Made by a program: the position numbers and the translations under genes. The notes beneath the pieces were generated by a model. That model ran no database searches and was not told where the DNA came from. It saw nothing but the letters and a program-made list of their open reading frames with translations. A stretch of 64,000 nt of DNA, from the sequence record MH791409.1; one strand, 5' to 3'. Positions within the stretch are counted from its first letter, which is position 1. Each line of letters begins with the position of its first letter. This DNA comes from Escherichia phage EcWhh-1. Positions 38,374 to 47,865 of this stretch are shown here, in pieces.

Positions 38374-38609
38374 TTAACGTACCTCATAAGGTCTCGGATT
38401 TGGCCAACAGTATAGTCTTCAATATAAACCGAAGAGATATTGTCGTCCATCAGTTTTTGCACTGCAATAAAATCACTTTCAATCTCTTTAAGTGAATGCA
38501 AGACCTTATGAGCCTTGCCACGGATATTTGTATCGTCTGGGTTGACCTTAATAATATATTCCGTCTCGAATTTCAACTTATAAAATTGGTCTTTAGTTAC
38601 TTTAATCAT
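38370..38609 (-). CDS. hypothetical protein; start at internal Met MIKVTK
   Basis: ORF-track frame 38370..38660; the ATG at 38609 has a GAGGAAAA RBS and avoids overlap with dda. Confidence 0.45.
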   Translation of the reverse strand: MIKVTKDQFYKLKFETEYIIKVNPDDTNIRGKAHKVLHSLKEIESDFIAVQKLMDDNISSVYIEDYTVGQIRDLMRYVK

Positions 38610-38616
38610 ATTTTCC

Positions 38617-39948
38617 TCAAACATAATAGGCATCAGTACGAGCACGGGTAATACTAACATAAGCCAGCTGTGAAGCTAAATTGGCATCTGCCATGTGCAT
38701 GCACGGAGTATAGATGAAACTGTTTTGGACAGTAAGACCCTGTGATTTATGAACAGTGCTCACCGGAAGAGCTCGAACCTTAGTGAACATTCGCTTAGCT
38801 TTCCAGAAATCAGCCCACTTAGGTTTCTTACCAGTTCCACGCATAGCCTTGTACTCAGTAGCCACCTTAGCCAAGAAATAATGGAACTTCTCAACTGAAG
38901 CCTCATCAATAACTTTCAAGTGTTCTACATAGTACTCGTCATCCTCATCAACAGATTCAACCTGGAGGTCCCAGTAATTAATCATCTGGCGAGTGCCTAC
39001 ATCCTTGGCAGACAAGAACAATGAGGTGTGGTTCACATCTAAAATACGAACCATCTGGCCGTTATTAAAAATGGTTTCAGAGAATTTCTTACCGTCGTAT
39101 TCAAGTTCCTTAATAAAAGGCTCTTGCATCACGAGGATTTCGCCCTTGATATAAGGCGCATCGGTTTCATAAAGCTTTTTACGAATAATACTATTCAGTT
39201 TTTCAACTGATTTATTTGTATAAGCAAACATCCTATTCTCAAACAAGGCATCGGCATCTTTTACGATGGAAAAATAATTCATCATAAAATCTTTTAAAGC
39301 CGTTTGAGATTTAAAACCATGGACACCGTGACCTTCGAATATACAATCTCGGAACCATCCACCATTACGGATTTCAGTAGCAACCTCAATGATGGGAGCA
39401 TTACTACGCATTACTTCAGTAAGGTGCAGCTGTTTAATTTTAGGATGAGTAAAGAATGGAGACAACTGAGGGCTTCCATCACTTCCTGGTTCTACAGGTT
39501 GTAACTGTGCTCGGTCGCCAATCCCTAGTACAGTGCACCATGGTGGAACCGAAGCTTCGATAATCTTAAACAGCTTGCCGTCAATCATTGAGCCTTCGTC
39601 GACCACAAGAACATTACATTTGCTCAAGTCAGGAGCTTCACGTTGTTCAAAAATATCCTGGTCTTCGTATGTAGTCGGGTTAATCTTTAAGATTCGGTGG
39701 ATTGTCGATGCTTCTTGGCCTGCGAGTTTCGACAATACCTTCTTGGCCGCGTGTGTAGGTGCGGTCAAAATAACTCCGAGTTCGCCATTCTTGACTAAGT
39801 GGTCAAGGATAAATTTAGTAAGGGTCGTTTTACCTGTACCCGCAGGACCATTCAATGTAATCCATTCGCCCTTACGTCGTTTAATAGCTTCAATGATTTC
39901 TTTAAAGGCCGTCCGTTGCCCAATATTCAAGTCTTCAAATGTAATCAT
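38617..39948 (-). CDS. dda: SF1B DNA helicase Dda
   Basis: 443-aa ORF; Walker A GPAGTGKTT, then LTAPTHAAKK, VVDEGSM and other helicase motifs; closely matches recalled T4 Dda. Confidence 0.94.
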   Translation of the reverse strand: MITFEDLNIGQRTAFKEIIEAIKRRKGEWITLNGPAGTGKTTLTKFILDHLVKNGELGVILTAPTHAAKKVLSKLAGQEASTIHRILKINPTTYEDQDIFEQREAPDLSKCNVLVVDEGSMIDGKLFKIIEASVPPWCTVLGIGDRAQLQPVEPGSDGSPQLSPFFTHPKIKQLHLTEVMRSNAPIIEVATEIRNGGWFRDCIFEGHGVHGFKSQTALKDFMMNYFSIVKDADALFENRMFAYTNKSVEKLNSIIRKKLYETDAPYIKGEILVMQEPFIKELEYDGKKFSETIFNNGQMVRILDVNHTSLFLSAKDVGTRQMINYWDLQVESVDEDDEYYVEHLKVIDEASVEKFHYFLAKVATEYKAMRGTGKKPKWADFWKAKRMFTKVRALPVSTVHKSQGLTVQNSFIYTPCMHMADANLASQLAYVSITRARTDAYYV

Positions 39949-40244
39949 GCCAATTTTACTCGCTTAACATATAAAGTATCTAAAATCAATTTTAATTCTC
40001 GGGCCCGTTCTTTGGTAGGAAAAACTGTTTTAGTTTCCCACTTATCAAACCACCACTTTCTTGGCGTGCACACTGTTTCAAGGCGTCCAAGCCGAAGATA
40101 TCTTTTTGTTGAGATTTCATAAGCCTCTAAAGCAGTGTCAGCCCCAATCTTTGTCGAATACAAAGTCACTTCACCGGCATCTTCTAACGGAATTTCATAC
40201 CCGTCTTTGTCCTTGTGAACCAATACGTATGCATAGTACATCAC
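39945..40244 (-). CDS. hypothetical protein (dda.1 position)
   Basis: 99-aa ORF. Confidence 0.5.
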   Translation of the reverse strand: MMYYAYVLVHKDKDGYEIPLEDAGEVTLYSTKIGADTALEAYEISTKRYLRLGRLETVCTPRKWWFDKWETKTVFPTKERARELKLILDTLYVKRVKLA

Positions 40245-40245
40245 G

Positions 40246-40995
40246 TTAACCTCTAATCAGTGAAAAAATTGAAGCATTCAGCGGAAGACCTTTTTTCAAC
40301 TTCAATTTGTCAATAAAAGAAAGGTGTTCTAAACGCTCCAGACCTTGAATAATTTTATCATACATATCGTAACGCGTTTCTGCTTCAGACAATTTAAACT
40401 TGACACGCCAGTCAGGTCCACCAATTAAAGATTTAAGACCTTTTTCCATAGTACCGATTGAAGCATTAGAACCGTGGATACGGGCCTTAACTGCGATAAC
40501 AGAAGGAGTCTTATCAGTAGCTCCTGATTTAATAAGGTCTTTAAGACGTTTTTCACGTTTTTTAAGACCTCTTTGGGTATCTTTTATATTTTTAACGATT
40601 TTACGGATTTTATAATAATTATCAGGGGTAACTTTAAAACTATTAGGCATTTTAGAACTACCTGAAATACGAACTGCTAAACGAGTCTGAGCACGTTTCA
40701 GTTCATCAAGGGACAAATCGGCACGTAAGCTGTTATACTTAACTTTAACTGGGATTACATTACCCTCAATATAGCCGATATCGTTGTTAAAACGTTCAAA
40801 TGAAATCTTATCATTAACTGAATTTTCATCAAAGTACTCGCCTGAATAAGCGCACACTTTTTGTTCGAGAAGTCTACGAACATATTTACTAGACAGATTG
40901 AAGTCCTTACCACGTTTATAAGCAGAAGCTTTGGTGTGTTTGCGGCGGTTGTAAACCTTTAACTCAAATTCATCGTTAGTTTTAATAGTAGGCAT
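40246..40995 (-). CDS. hypothetical basic protein in the T4 srd position
   Basis: 249-aa Lys/Arg-rich ORF; assignment is by position between dda.1 and the Mod-like genes only. Confidence 0.45.
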   Translation of the reverse strand: MPTIKTNDEFELKVYNRRKHTKASAYKRGKDFNLSSKYVRRLLEQKVCAYSGEYFDENSVNDKISFERFNNDIGYIEGNVIPVKVKYNSLRADLSLDELKRAQTRLAVRISGSSKMPNSFKVTPDNYYKIRKIVKNIKDTQRGLKKREKRLKDLIKSGATDKTPSVIAVKARIHGSNASIGTMEKGLKSLIGGPDWRVKFKLSEAETRYDMYDKIIQGLERLEHLSFIDKLKLKKGLPLNASIFSLIRG

Positions 40996-41035
40996 GATAT
41001 TTTTCTCATCTTACGGACGATTAGTTGATAGGTCT

Positions 41036-41064
41036 ATAGTATCATGTTGCTTGATAAAGTAAAC
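41036..41064 (-). promoter_or_regulatory. early promoter upstream of the srd-position gene
   Basis: GTTTAC-N17-TACTAT-AGACCTATCAACTAA. Confidence 0.6.
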
Positions 41065-41133
41065 ACTTTTTTGCTTTAAATTTTCAACGGTATAATGAAT
41101 CAAGGACTTTGCCTTTCAATTAAACCGGGTGGT

Positions 41134-41748
41134 TCAGTAAGAAAGAACGGAAAGATTCCAAATGGTGTAATTATTCCATTTAGGATTTCTCTCAATAGAG
41201 TCTACGCGCAGCGTAGTTCCCGCAGGGAACATCATCTCATCTTCATCATTAATTAATTGTAAGTTTGCTACACGTGTAGATTCAGGAAATGCGCCTGGGA
41301 ACTCTTCAGGGGGCGCAGCACATAACATTTTAAAGATTTCTTCCTGATAATTGTACACAAATGGCGCATCATTAATACAAAAGATATTAAATGTGCCGTA
41401 GAAGTTATAAGATGCGAAATTCCTTGCTACGTTGAAGTCTTTAGAGAAGCTCATCACACGGTCGAATTCAATTACCGCACCCACACACATTGTGGACTCT
41501 AGATACTTCAGGGTCTTTTTAGATATACCGCGATAGAGCTTATCAGGCACTACAGAAGTCAGGTTCTTACGAATAATTTTGTTCAGAGTTTCCTGGATAG
41601 AATCAGGTTTATTTTCCATACACTGCCAGAGCGTGCTCTGTTCTAAATCAGAATACACCTCATCAATTTCTATCTGAGTATTCTCACGGAAATCATCGCA
41701 TTTGGCATTGTTGATAAATTCTGCTAATTTATGGCTTGGATATAACAT
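41134..41748 (-). CDS. mono-ADP-ribosyltransferase, ModA/ModB-like (R-S-E class)
   Basis: 204-aa ORF with Arg (LYRG), S-x-S (MSFSKD) and Glu-rich (DEDEMMF) motifs in ART order. Confidence 0.7.
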   Translation of the reverse strand: MLYPSHKLAEFINNAKCDDFRENTQIEIDEVYSDLEQSTLWQCMENKPDSIQETLNKIIRKNLTSVVPDKLYRGISKKTLKYLESTMCVGAVIEFDRVMSFSKDFNVARNFASYNFYGTFNIFCINDAPFVYNYQEEIFKMLCAAPPEEFPGAFPESTRVANLQLINDEDEMMFPAGTTLRVDSIERNPKWNNYTIWNLSVLSY

Positions 41749-41802
41749 ATTATTCTCCTCAGTTGATAGAAAGATAGTAACATAAGCATCCTTGCCTGTA
41801 AA

Positions 41803-42372
41803 CTAAAAATCTAACATTTTTAAATGAATTGTTTTATACTCGATTTCGTATGGATCCCTTTTGACGGTTTCGATTGCAACAATCTCAAATCGCGATAGAC
41901 TAGAGACCATGAACTCACATTCAGTTTCAACCATATCATAGAGGTCGATACGAGATTCATCTATTTCAAGCTCATCCACATTCCCTGCAAGAACAAGGTC
42001 GATAGCATGATTGTAGTAGTCGAAAATGAACGGTGCATTCCTGAGACTTAAAATGGTTTTGGTTCCATACTCCCATGCCCCTGCGAACTGACGAGCCTGA
42101 GAGTATTGTGTACTAAAAGAAGTAACTCGACCAGGAGACCATTGACACCCTACTGAAAGGAGCTCTAATTGCTCAAGTTCTCTGGTGGTAATCCCACGAT
42201 ACAACTCTACTGGAACCGCTGAAGTAACATGCTTGCGAACCAGTTTGTCGAGGTCGTAATGGAAGTTAGGGTCTTTTTTGGCGTCCAGACATTTCTCTAA
42301 CAACGCTTGTTCAGATTTTGAAAATTTAGAATTGATTCGGTCTTGATAAAGACATTTTTGTTCGATGTTCAT
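41803..42372 (-). CDS. mono-ADP-ribosyltransferase, ModA/ModB-like paralogue
   Basis: 189-aa ORF with LYRG, TSFSTQ and ECEFMV motifs; tandem with 41134..41748. Confidence 0.7.
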   Translation of the reverse strand: MNIEQKCLYQDRINSKFSKSEQALLEKCLDAKKDPNFHYDLDKLVRKHVTSAVPVELYRGITTRELEQLELLSVGCQWSPGRVTSFSTQYSQARQFAGAWEYGTKTILSLRNAPFIFDYYNHAIDLVLAGNVDELEIDESRIDLYDMVETECEFMVSSLSRFEIVAIETVKRDPYEIEYKTIHLKMLDF

Positions 42373-42424
42373 ATGACCTCCAGTGATTTAGAGGTCATTA
42401 TAACATGAAGGGAGGGGGTGTAAA

Positions 42425-42679
42425 CTACTTAAACACACCAAGTGGGACGCCAAACACTGCAATGTCGGCAGCCATGCCTAATGAGGATTGGGTATATGAA
42501 GTATAGGAGCTTTTTGATTCATAAGAGCTTTTTGTTTCTGGCTTCTCAGCTTCAATCTTAGGAGCTTTTGCCTGAATATTTTTTTGCTCGGTTTCCTTAC
42601 GAGCTTGTTTACGGTCGATATCCAACGCCGATGTAGGTATATTAGTTAGCCAATTCATTATTTTACCCAAGGGGCCCAA
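42425..42679 (-). CDS. hypothetical protein
   Basis: 84-aa ORF. Confidence 0.45.
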   Translation of the reverse strand: MGPLGKIMNWLTNIPTSALDIDRKQARKETEQKNIQAKAPKIEAEKPETKSSYESKSSYTSYTQSSLGMAADIAVFGVPLGVFK

Positions 42680-42846
42680 GGTGGAGGGTCTTGATAGTAA
42701 GAAGCTAGGTCACTAAGGACCTCTTTAGGCAACTTAAAACCGTGCTTCTGTATAATCATATCAAGTTCGTTGACAAGGTCAACAGGCGGCTCCTGAGTTG
42801 TTTCAGGCTCAGGGTCCGGAATGACAAACATATCAAATAAGTCCAT
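42658..42846 (-). CDS. hypothetical protein
   Basis: 62-aa ORF. Confidence 0.4.
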   Translation of the reverse strand: MDLFDMFVIPDPEPETTQEPPVDLVNELDMIIQKHGFKLPKEVLSDLASYYQDPPPWAPWVK

Positions 42847-43337
42847 TAGTAACCACCGATAGGACCATAACCATACATACGAGCTCGTAACTTAGCATCA
42901 CGAATAGCTTCTTCGGTCGGGGTAAAACGCAAACCAATATCAAAGTGTTTCCAAATCTGACATTCTACCTCCGTCAGGTCTTCGACGGTAGAAATCAGAT
43001 AAGTACGACCTTTAAGACGTTCAGTAGCCATTCTATCTCTATCTTTATAGAAAATATCCATTGTTCCATCGGCATACGGGTCTGCCGGGTAACGATAGCC
43101 TTTGATATGCAAGGCTTGAGCCACACTAAAAGGGCACCCCTCAGCGACATCAACATTTTTGTTATGGTAAGCCTTCATCAGAATATTTTCTGGCAGCTTA
43201 ATATCTTTTAATCTTGTTTCTAACTGGGTTATAGAATTCATACCATTGTCGACAAAGATAAGACACGCCGTAGCATCATAAGGACGCGTTTGGCCTGATG
43301 AATCACGTACATGGAATTCGAGTTCATAGACTTTCAT
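42846..43337 (-). CDS. hypothetical protein
   Basis: 163-aa ORF. Confidence 0.5.
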   Translation of the reverse strand: MKVYELEFHVRDSSGQTRPYDATACLIFVDNGMNSITQLETRLKDIKLPENILMKAYHNKNVDVAEGCPFSVAQALHIKGYRYPADPYADGTMDIFYKDRDRMATERLKGRTYLISTVEDLTEVECQIWKHFDIGLRFTPTEEAIRDAKLRARMYGYGPIGGY

Positions 43338-43487
43338 TATGTTTTCCTCTTTTTAGTTTACCTACTAAAGGACCATCCGGAATTTTATTTTCCTGGATGT
43401 ATTTCTCGTTTTCTTCCATCATTTTACTACCAATTTTAAGAAGCAAATCCATTGCCTCTTTAGTACGTGCTTCAGCTTCTTCAATAG

Positions 43488-43688
43488 TCATGATTTATCC
43501 CCATAGATATCACGCATAATCCTAAGGGCCTCGCGTTCTAATTTCTTTTCGCGTTCGTCACGGATGCCTTTAAGAATCCATTCCTCTGATTCACGTTTCA
43601 TTTCTGCATTAGCTTGGTCTAACCAACCGTCATCAAGATAATCACCGGGACGGTCTAGCCAATCTTTAAGCCATGATAAAGGTTTCAT
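43488..43688 (-). CDS. hypothetical protein
   Basis: 66-aa ORF. Confidence 0.45.
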   Translation of the reverse strand: MKPLSWLKDWLDRPGDYLDDGWLDQANAEMKRESEEWILKGIRDEREKKLEREALRIMRDIYGDKS

Positions 43689-44023
43689 TAATCACACGAG
43701 CCGGACGATGAGTCACAGCTTCCTGAGTCAGAATAAGACGAATCGCCGGTCCAAGAACTAACGGCAGCCGCTACTACAATAGGAGTGGTATCAATATAAT
43801 TTTGCCTTTGCGCTCGCTCGTCTTTTAATTTTTCTAAACGGGCTTTTAATTCGTCGGCATTTAAGCTCGAAGCGTGAGACCCAACATTGCCTGCTTTTTC
43901 AGGCTGACGGATAACTTCTTCCATCATACCGTCGCCTACATAAACATATTCCTTCGGGCCTGAGATAGGAACTACACCTTCGCCAGGAGTGGTCTTGAAA
44001 AAATTCTTAAGCCACTGAATCAT
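43688..44023 (-). CDS. hypothetical protein with Ser/Cys/Asp-rich C-terminus
   Basis: 111-aa ORF ending SSYSDSGSCDSSSGSCD. Confidence 0.45.
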   Translation of the reverse strand: MIQWLKNFFKTTPGEGVVPISGPKEYVYVGDGMMEEVIRQPEKAGNVGSHASSLNADELKARLEKLKDERAQRQNYIDTTPIVVAAAVSSWTGDSSYSDSGSCDSSSGSCD

Positions 44024-44253
44024 AGGAAACCTCGTTTAAATTCAACTTTATCAATATCATCAGTCTCGTGACGGATTTCGGCGTTAAATTCGATAGAACC
44101 GTCTTCATGCATCATAAATGAATGGACAATAACTTCGGTATACCAAGGAGTATAGAAATACTTTTTCAATACGTGATTAGCGATAATTTCATCCAAAGTT
44201 TTATTTGGTTTAATCCAACGATTTAACATAGTGTTCTCCTCTATAAGATACAT
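44020..44253 (-). CDS. hypothetical protein
   Basis: 77-aa ORF preceded by a promoter-like element. Confidence 0.45.
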   Translation of the reverse strand: MYLIEENTMLNRWIKPNKTLDEIIANHVLKKYFYTPWYTEVIVHSFMMHEDGSIEFNAEIRHETDDIDKVEFKRGFL

Positions 44254-44293
44254 CTATCTTAACATGGCCTACTCGTAAAGTAAACTACTAAAA

Positions 44294-44317
44294 CGAAAAA
44301 AGGAACCCGAAGGTTCC
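44294..44317 (-). terminator. rho-independent terminator after soc
   Basis: Minus-strand GGAACC-UUCG-GGUUCC hairpin followed by a U-run. Confidence 0.7.
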
Positions 44318-44323
44318 TTATAA

Positions 44324-44557
44324 TTAAACAATATCGGTAGGCGTAAACATCGCCGCGTTCTTAGTTCGCCAATCGGCTGCATCAGTCACTACAGTAGTAT
44401 AGGCTGCAACGGCCGAAGGGAAAGTCTGATAATGAGCATTAGCAATACGATGCTCATTTGAATAGATTTCAAACGGAACTGAAACCTCAGTACCTTTAAC
44501 TTCTTTACCTTCACCAGCTGGATGCGTAAAGGTTTTGATATTAACGAAACCACCCAT
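44324..44557 (-). CDS. soc: small outer capsid protein Soc
   Basis: 77-aa ORF; G.VNIKTF...EGKEV.G.EVSVPF.IYS..HRI..AHYQTFPS..AAY.TV matches recalled T4 Soc. Confidence 0.85.
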   Translation of the reverse strand: MGGFVNIKTFTHPAGEGKEVKGTEVSVPFEIYSNEHRIANAHYQTFPSAVAAYTTVVTDAADWRTKNAAMFTPTDIV

Positions 44558-44588
44558 AATTAACTCCTTTGTTGTTTAATTACAGGTG

Positions 44589-44596
44589 TATTTATA
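44589..44596 (-). promoter_or_regulatory. T4-type late promoter (TATAAATA on minus strand) for soc
   Basis: Plus-strand TATTTATA is the reverse complement of TATAAATA, about 30 nt upstream of the soc ATG. Confidence 0.7.
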
Positions 44597-44598
44597 AC

Positions 44599-45138
44599 TT
44601 AATAACCTCGGTCTTGACGAGCAAAGTTCTCGGCATTTTTCAGGTAATACAGTTTAAAGATTTCTTCAGCGGTCAGTCCAAGACCCTGGAACATATTCAG
44701 AACAAAGTGCAGAATATCAATCATTTCGAATTTAATTTCGAGCTGGTCTTCAGGAGACAAATCGTTAATCAGGGTTTCACGACGTTCAGCATGTTGAGCT
44801 TTCCAAGGCTTCCATACTGCAGATGCATCTTTTTCACCATTGCTCATACCACCAAGAGAAGTCAGAAGTTCACGGAATTCGTCATCAATATAATCTTTCT
44901 GGTTGCGAAGCCAATCGACAACTTCACCCGCAGTGGCCAAATCATCAGGATGACGATTATATTCAGGCTTATCTTTAGCTAAACGAACCTGCAAAGATTT
45001 CTGCATATCAAGCATAACCTGCAGAGGGTCTTTATCTTCGTGAATCAGAGCATTAAAATAAGCTTCTTCAGCTTTATCGGCACCGGCAATCAGTTGAGAA
45101 CATTCATTAAAATGAGCCATTATATTTTTCCTTATCAA
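44599..45138 (-). CDS. 56: dCTP pyrophosphatase gp56 (MazG-like)
   Basis: 179-aa ORF; from MAHFNECSQLIAG the sequence matches recalled T4 gp56 through the C-terminal FKLYYLKNAENFARQDRGY. Confidence 0.92.
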   Translation of the reverse strand: MIRKNIMAHFNECSQLIAGADKAEEAYFNALIHEDKDPLQVMLDMQKSLQVRLAKDKPEYNRHPDDLATAGEVVDWLRNQKDYIDDEFRELLTSLGGMSNGEKDASAVWKPWKAQHAERRETLINDLSPEDQLEIKFEMIDILHFVLNMFQGLGLTAEEIFKLYYLKNAENFARQDRGY

Positions 45139-45214
45139 TTCATTTGTTAGTAAGTTAGATAATTATAAACTGCTAGATTAAAGCGAATAAATATTAATTT
45201 AACAGGAGGATAAC

Positions 45215-45415
45215 ATGGGTAGTATTTTTTACCAAATCTGGAAATTGGCTGAAAAGAAAGACAAGAAAATGATGTTAGGTTTTCTTGCGCTAGACGTATT
45301 CCTTTGGAATCTTTTAGTAGTTCCTGTAGCCGCTAGCCAAGGGGTAATTTTACCAGCGGTTACAATGGAACACGTATTAAGCATAATTGGATTCTTTAGC
45401 GGAGTTCCTGTCTAA
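45215..45415 (+). CDS. hypothetical small membrane protein on the opposite strand
   Basis: 66-aa plus-strand ORF with RBS AGGAGG 7 nt upstream; hydrophobic; convergent with gene 61. Confidence 0.5.
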   Translation: MGSIFYQIWKLAEKKDKKMMLGFLALDVFLWNLLVVPVAASQGVILPAVTMEHVLSIIGFFSGVPV

Positions 45416-46440
45416 ATTTTAGAATATTTTGAAAGCCTCATTTTTGCCATTAACCCTTGGGCTATATTAGCTTTCATATACGCCAATATATCATTTATAT
45501 CAGCTTTATCTTTCATAACCATATCATTTATATCTTTAGAAGGCCATGGAGCCTTGTCCCAGAATAGGACCCTTTCGCCGGCATCAACTAATCGTTGCAT
45601 ACGCTTAATTGTGTCAGGATGACGGGGTTCATTGTCCATTACCCAAGCACGAGTTTCTTTACATGGAACCATAGCCAAGTCCAACGACCCACCAGTAATT
45701 GCTATTGCATTAGGTACGAATAATGAATCAATAGGACCTTCCATTACCCACACCAATTGACGTTCGTCAACTGTATCCATTCCATATATTTTTGTAGCTT
45801 GGTCATGAGCTTTTATTGTAATATATTTTTGTGGAGCATCTTTACGCAAGGCTCGGCCCTGAAAACTTTCAATTTGTTTATTCTTATTGAAAATTGGAAT
45901 AACCAAACGTGGTTCAGGCATTTCTTTGGAATAGGTCCCCGGATTAACAGAATTCACCAATGCAGGCCATTCTTTAGTAAACCATAACCGATTCCATTTA
46001 TTTTCAGGAATGCACCGCAGAGTTACATACTTAATAATAGGATGGTCCTTAGGCATTCTATCTAATCGTTCACAGAAATTAAGCTTTTCGATGACAGGCA
46101 TCTTAGCTTTAATTTTTTCAGATATCTCCACCTTAGGTGCAGCTTGTCTCCCAAACGATTGCTCTTTATGTTTCTCAAGAATATATTCGCGATATAAATC
46201 AGGCTCATATTCGTATAGGTACTTCTTAATTCCTGCCGAATAATCACAGTTAAAACAGTGTAGCATTACAGAGCCGTCATTGGCCGGATAGGCCCAGAAT
46301 CGAGCTTTGTTCTCATCCTTTTGGGAGTCGCCACATACACGACAACGACAGTTTAATTTAAAATCACTACCAGTTACTTGTCTGAATTTAGGTTGGTAAT
46401 TCAAGGCACGTACAGCAAATTCTCTATCGACATATGACAT
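45412..46440 (-). CDS. 61: DNA primase gp61
   Basis: 342-aa ORF with N-terminal zinc-binding Cys cluster (CRCRVCGDS...CFNCDYS) and TOPRIM-like C-terminal domain. Confidence 0.92.
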   Translation of the reverse strand: MSYVDREFAVRALNYQPKFRQVTGSDFKLNCRCRVCGDSQKDENKARFWAYPANDGSVMLHCFNCDYSAGIKKYLYEYEPDLYREYILEKHKEQSFGRQAAPKVEISEKIKAKMPVIEKLNFCERLDRMPKDHPIIKYVTLRCIPENKWNRLWFTKEWPALVNSVNPGTYSKEMPEPRLVIPIFNKNKQIESFQGRALRKDAPQKYITIKAHDQATKIYGMDTVDERQLVWVMEGPIDSLFVPNAIAITGGSLDLAMVPCKETRAWVMDNEPRHPDTIKRMQRLVDAGERVLFWDKAPWPSKDINDMVMKDKADINDILAYMKANIAQGLMAKMRLSKYSKI

Positions 46441-46656
46441 TATTTTTCCTTGGGCTCTAAATTAATAGAGCCATTATATCATTCGTTTTCGGATTTTTCT
46501 TTACGCTTTTTGGATGGGATTTGTTCAGGCCCTTTGTTGACGACTGCACCTGAGGTAGTTCCGGAGGCAATATTAGATGGGTTTCCACCTGCATCGCCTG
46601 CGACCATATCTTCGTTCATAACTTCTTTAAAAGATTTCATAGGCTCCTGGCCTTAT

Positions 46657-46848
46657 TTATATTACGAAAATAGCTTTGTCACCGTTGGCGTCAGTGACTT
46701 CGTACGTATCTTCGTGGTAAAGTGGGATAATCCAGGTCACACCATCATCAGCAATAACATGGATAGCTTCTTGGTCTTTTGATACGATTTCATATTCTTC
46801 GAACAACTCGAATACAGAAATCTTAGAGCCCGTACACATTGCACTCAT
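46657..46848 (-). CDS. hypothetical protein
   Basis: 63-aa ORF. Confidence 0.45.
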   Translation of the reverse strand: MSAMCTGSKISVFELFEEYEIVSKDQEAIHVIADDGVTWIIPLYHEDTYEVTDANGDKAIFVI

Positions 46849-47044
46849 ATTGTTCCCTTCTTTTAATCAGTTGACGATGGGCCTTTTTAAGTTTACGAAG
46901 CTGGCGCTTAGTTGGCCGTGCAACATAAGCTTGAGTAGTTACTCGTCCAAAAACACCATACTTAGGTGAAGGAGAATCAATAAAGACTTCCCACTGGCAG
47001 GAGTAACCATATACCGCTTTAGAGAATTGAGTTAAAACAAACAT
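46823..47044 (-). CDS. hypothetical basic protein, paralogue of 47866..48129
   Basis: 73-aa ORF; shared RPTKRQ(L/I)R..KKA.R motif. Confidence 0.5.
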   Translation of the reverse strand: MFVLTQFSKAVYGYSCQWEVFIDSPSPKYGVFGRVTTQAYVARPTKRQLRKLKKAHRQLIKRREQYECNVYGL

Positions 47045-47045
47045 A

Positions 47046-47486
47046 TCAACCTCGATTCATAAAGGCATTAAAAATCTGGTCGTCAATTGAATAAACCGGA
47101 GCTTCCAGAATTTTCAACAGGCTATTTTTGATATACTTGCTAGGGATATCCATATTAACGCAGTCGTTCAATTCATTGTCCGGGAGGATATCTTTAAATT
47201 CGAATCCTTCAAATTCAACCTTGTCAGGAAAACCATCAGCGAAAAAATAAACCAATTGGTGTATTGTATTGCGCGAAAATAATTTAGACTTAACAGCAAT
47301 AAGTTCTTGCCAGTGGTTTAATTCTCTATTAAGAAGTTTATGGGCAAATACAATCCTATCATCGCTATCAACAATAAAATAACCCAGGTATTGATGGTCG
47401 TCGCTCCAATACATTCTGTATGCCTGGGCATTTGGATTTTTACAACGAAGTTTTTTGATAACCAAATTTCTGTTAATCTTATTCAC
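47046..47486 (-). CDS. hypothetical protein
   Basis: 146-aa ORF. Confidence 0.5.
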   Translation of the reverse strand: MNKINRNLVIKKLRCKNPNAQAYRMYWSDDHQYLGYFIVDSDDRIVFAHKLLNRELNHWQELIAVKSKLFSRNTIHQLVYFFADGFPDKVEFEGFEFKDILPDNELNDCVNMDIPSKYIKNSLLKILEAPVYSIDDQIFNAFMNRG

Positions 47487-47772
47487 CTGTCACCTCTTTA
47501 ACGATATTTTTGTTATCGAAATTAGCATCACAGTACAGAACATAGTTATACTGCATAACACCGCTAGAAGCCAATTGGTCAGATACTTCTTTAACCATAT
47601 CAGGACGGTCACGTTTAGTGATGTTCATGATATCGGCATAAATCTGATGCTCAACTGCTTCTTGATCGGCAGTCATAGACCACTCACAAAGGTCTGCGTC
47701 ATAACCGGCCGTTACCGGAGCCGTGCCACATGATGCTACTGTAAGGATTGCTGCGATTAATAACTTTTTCAT
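47479..47772 (-). CDS. sp: secreted/lipoprotein, Spackle-like (candidate superinfection-exclusion protein)
   Basis: Start at internal Met MKKLLIAAILTVASCG (signal peptide and lipobox), giving about 97 aa; GYDADLCEWSMTADQ and YNYVLYCDANF blocks resemble my recollection of T4 Sp. Confidence 0.6.
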   Translation of the reverse strand: MKKLLIAAILTVASCGTAPVTAGYDADLCEWSMTADQEAVEHQIYADIMNITKRDRPDMVKEVSDQLASSGVMQYNYVLYCDANFDNKNIVKEVTGE

Positions 47773-47800
47773 TTTTAACTCCTCGTTAGTTGATAGGTCC

Positions 47801-47830
47801 ATAGTATCATTACCATAGACCATTGTAAAC
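47801..47830 (-). promoter_or_regulatory. early promoter upstream of the Spackle-like gene
   Basis: GTTTAC-N18-TACTAT-GGACCTATCAACTAACGAGGAG. Confidence 0.6.
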
Positions 47831-47865
47831 ACTTATTTTACTTTAGCGTAATCTAAAGTTACTAA

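Noticed and set aside
40246-40995. Possible HNH endonuclease reading of the srd-position protein (CAYSGEYFDENS...NVIPV).
   Set aside because: The expected His-Asn-His catalytic pattern is not present in convincing spacing.
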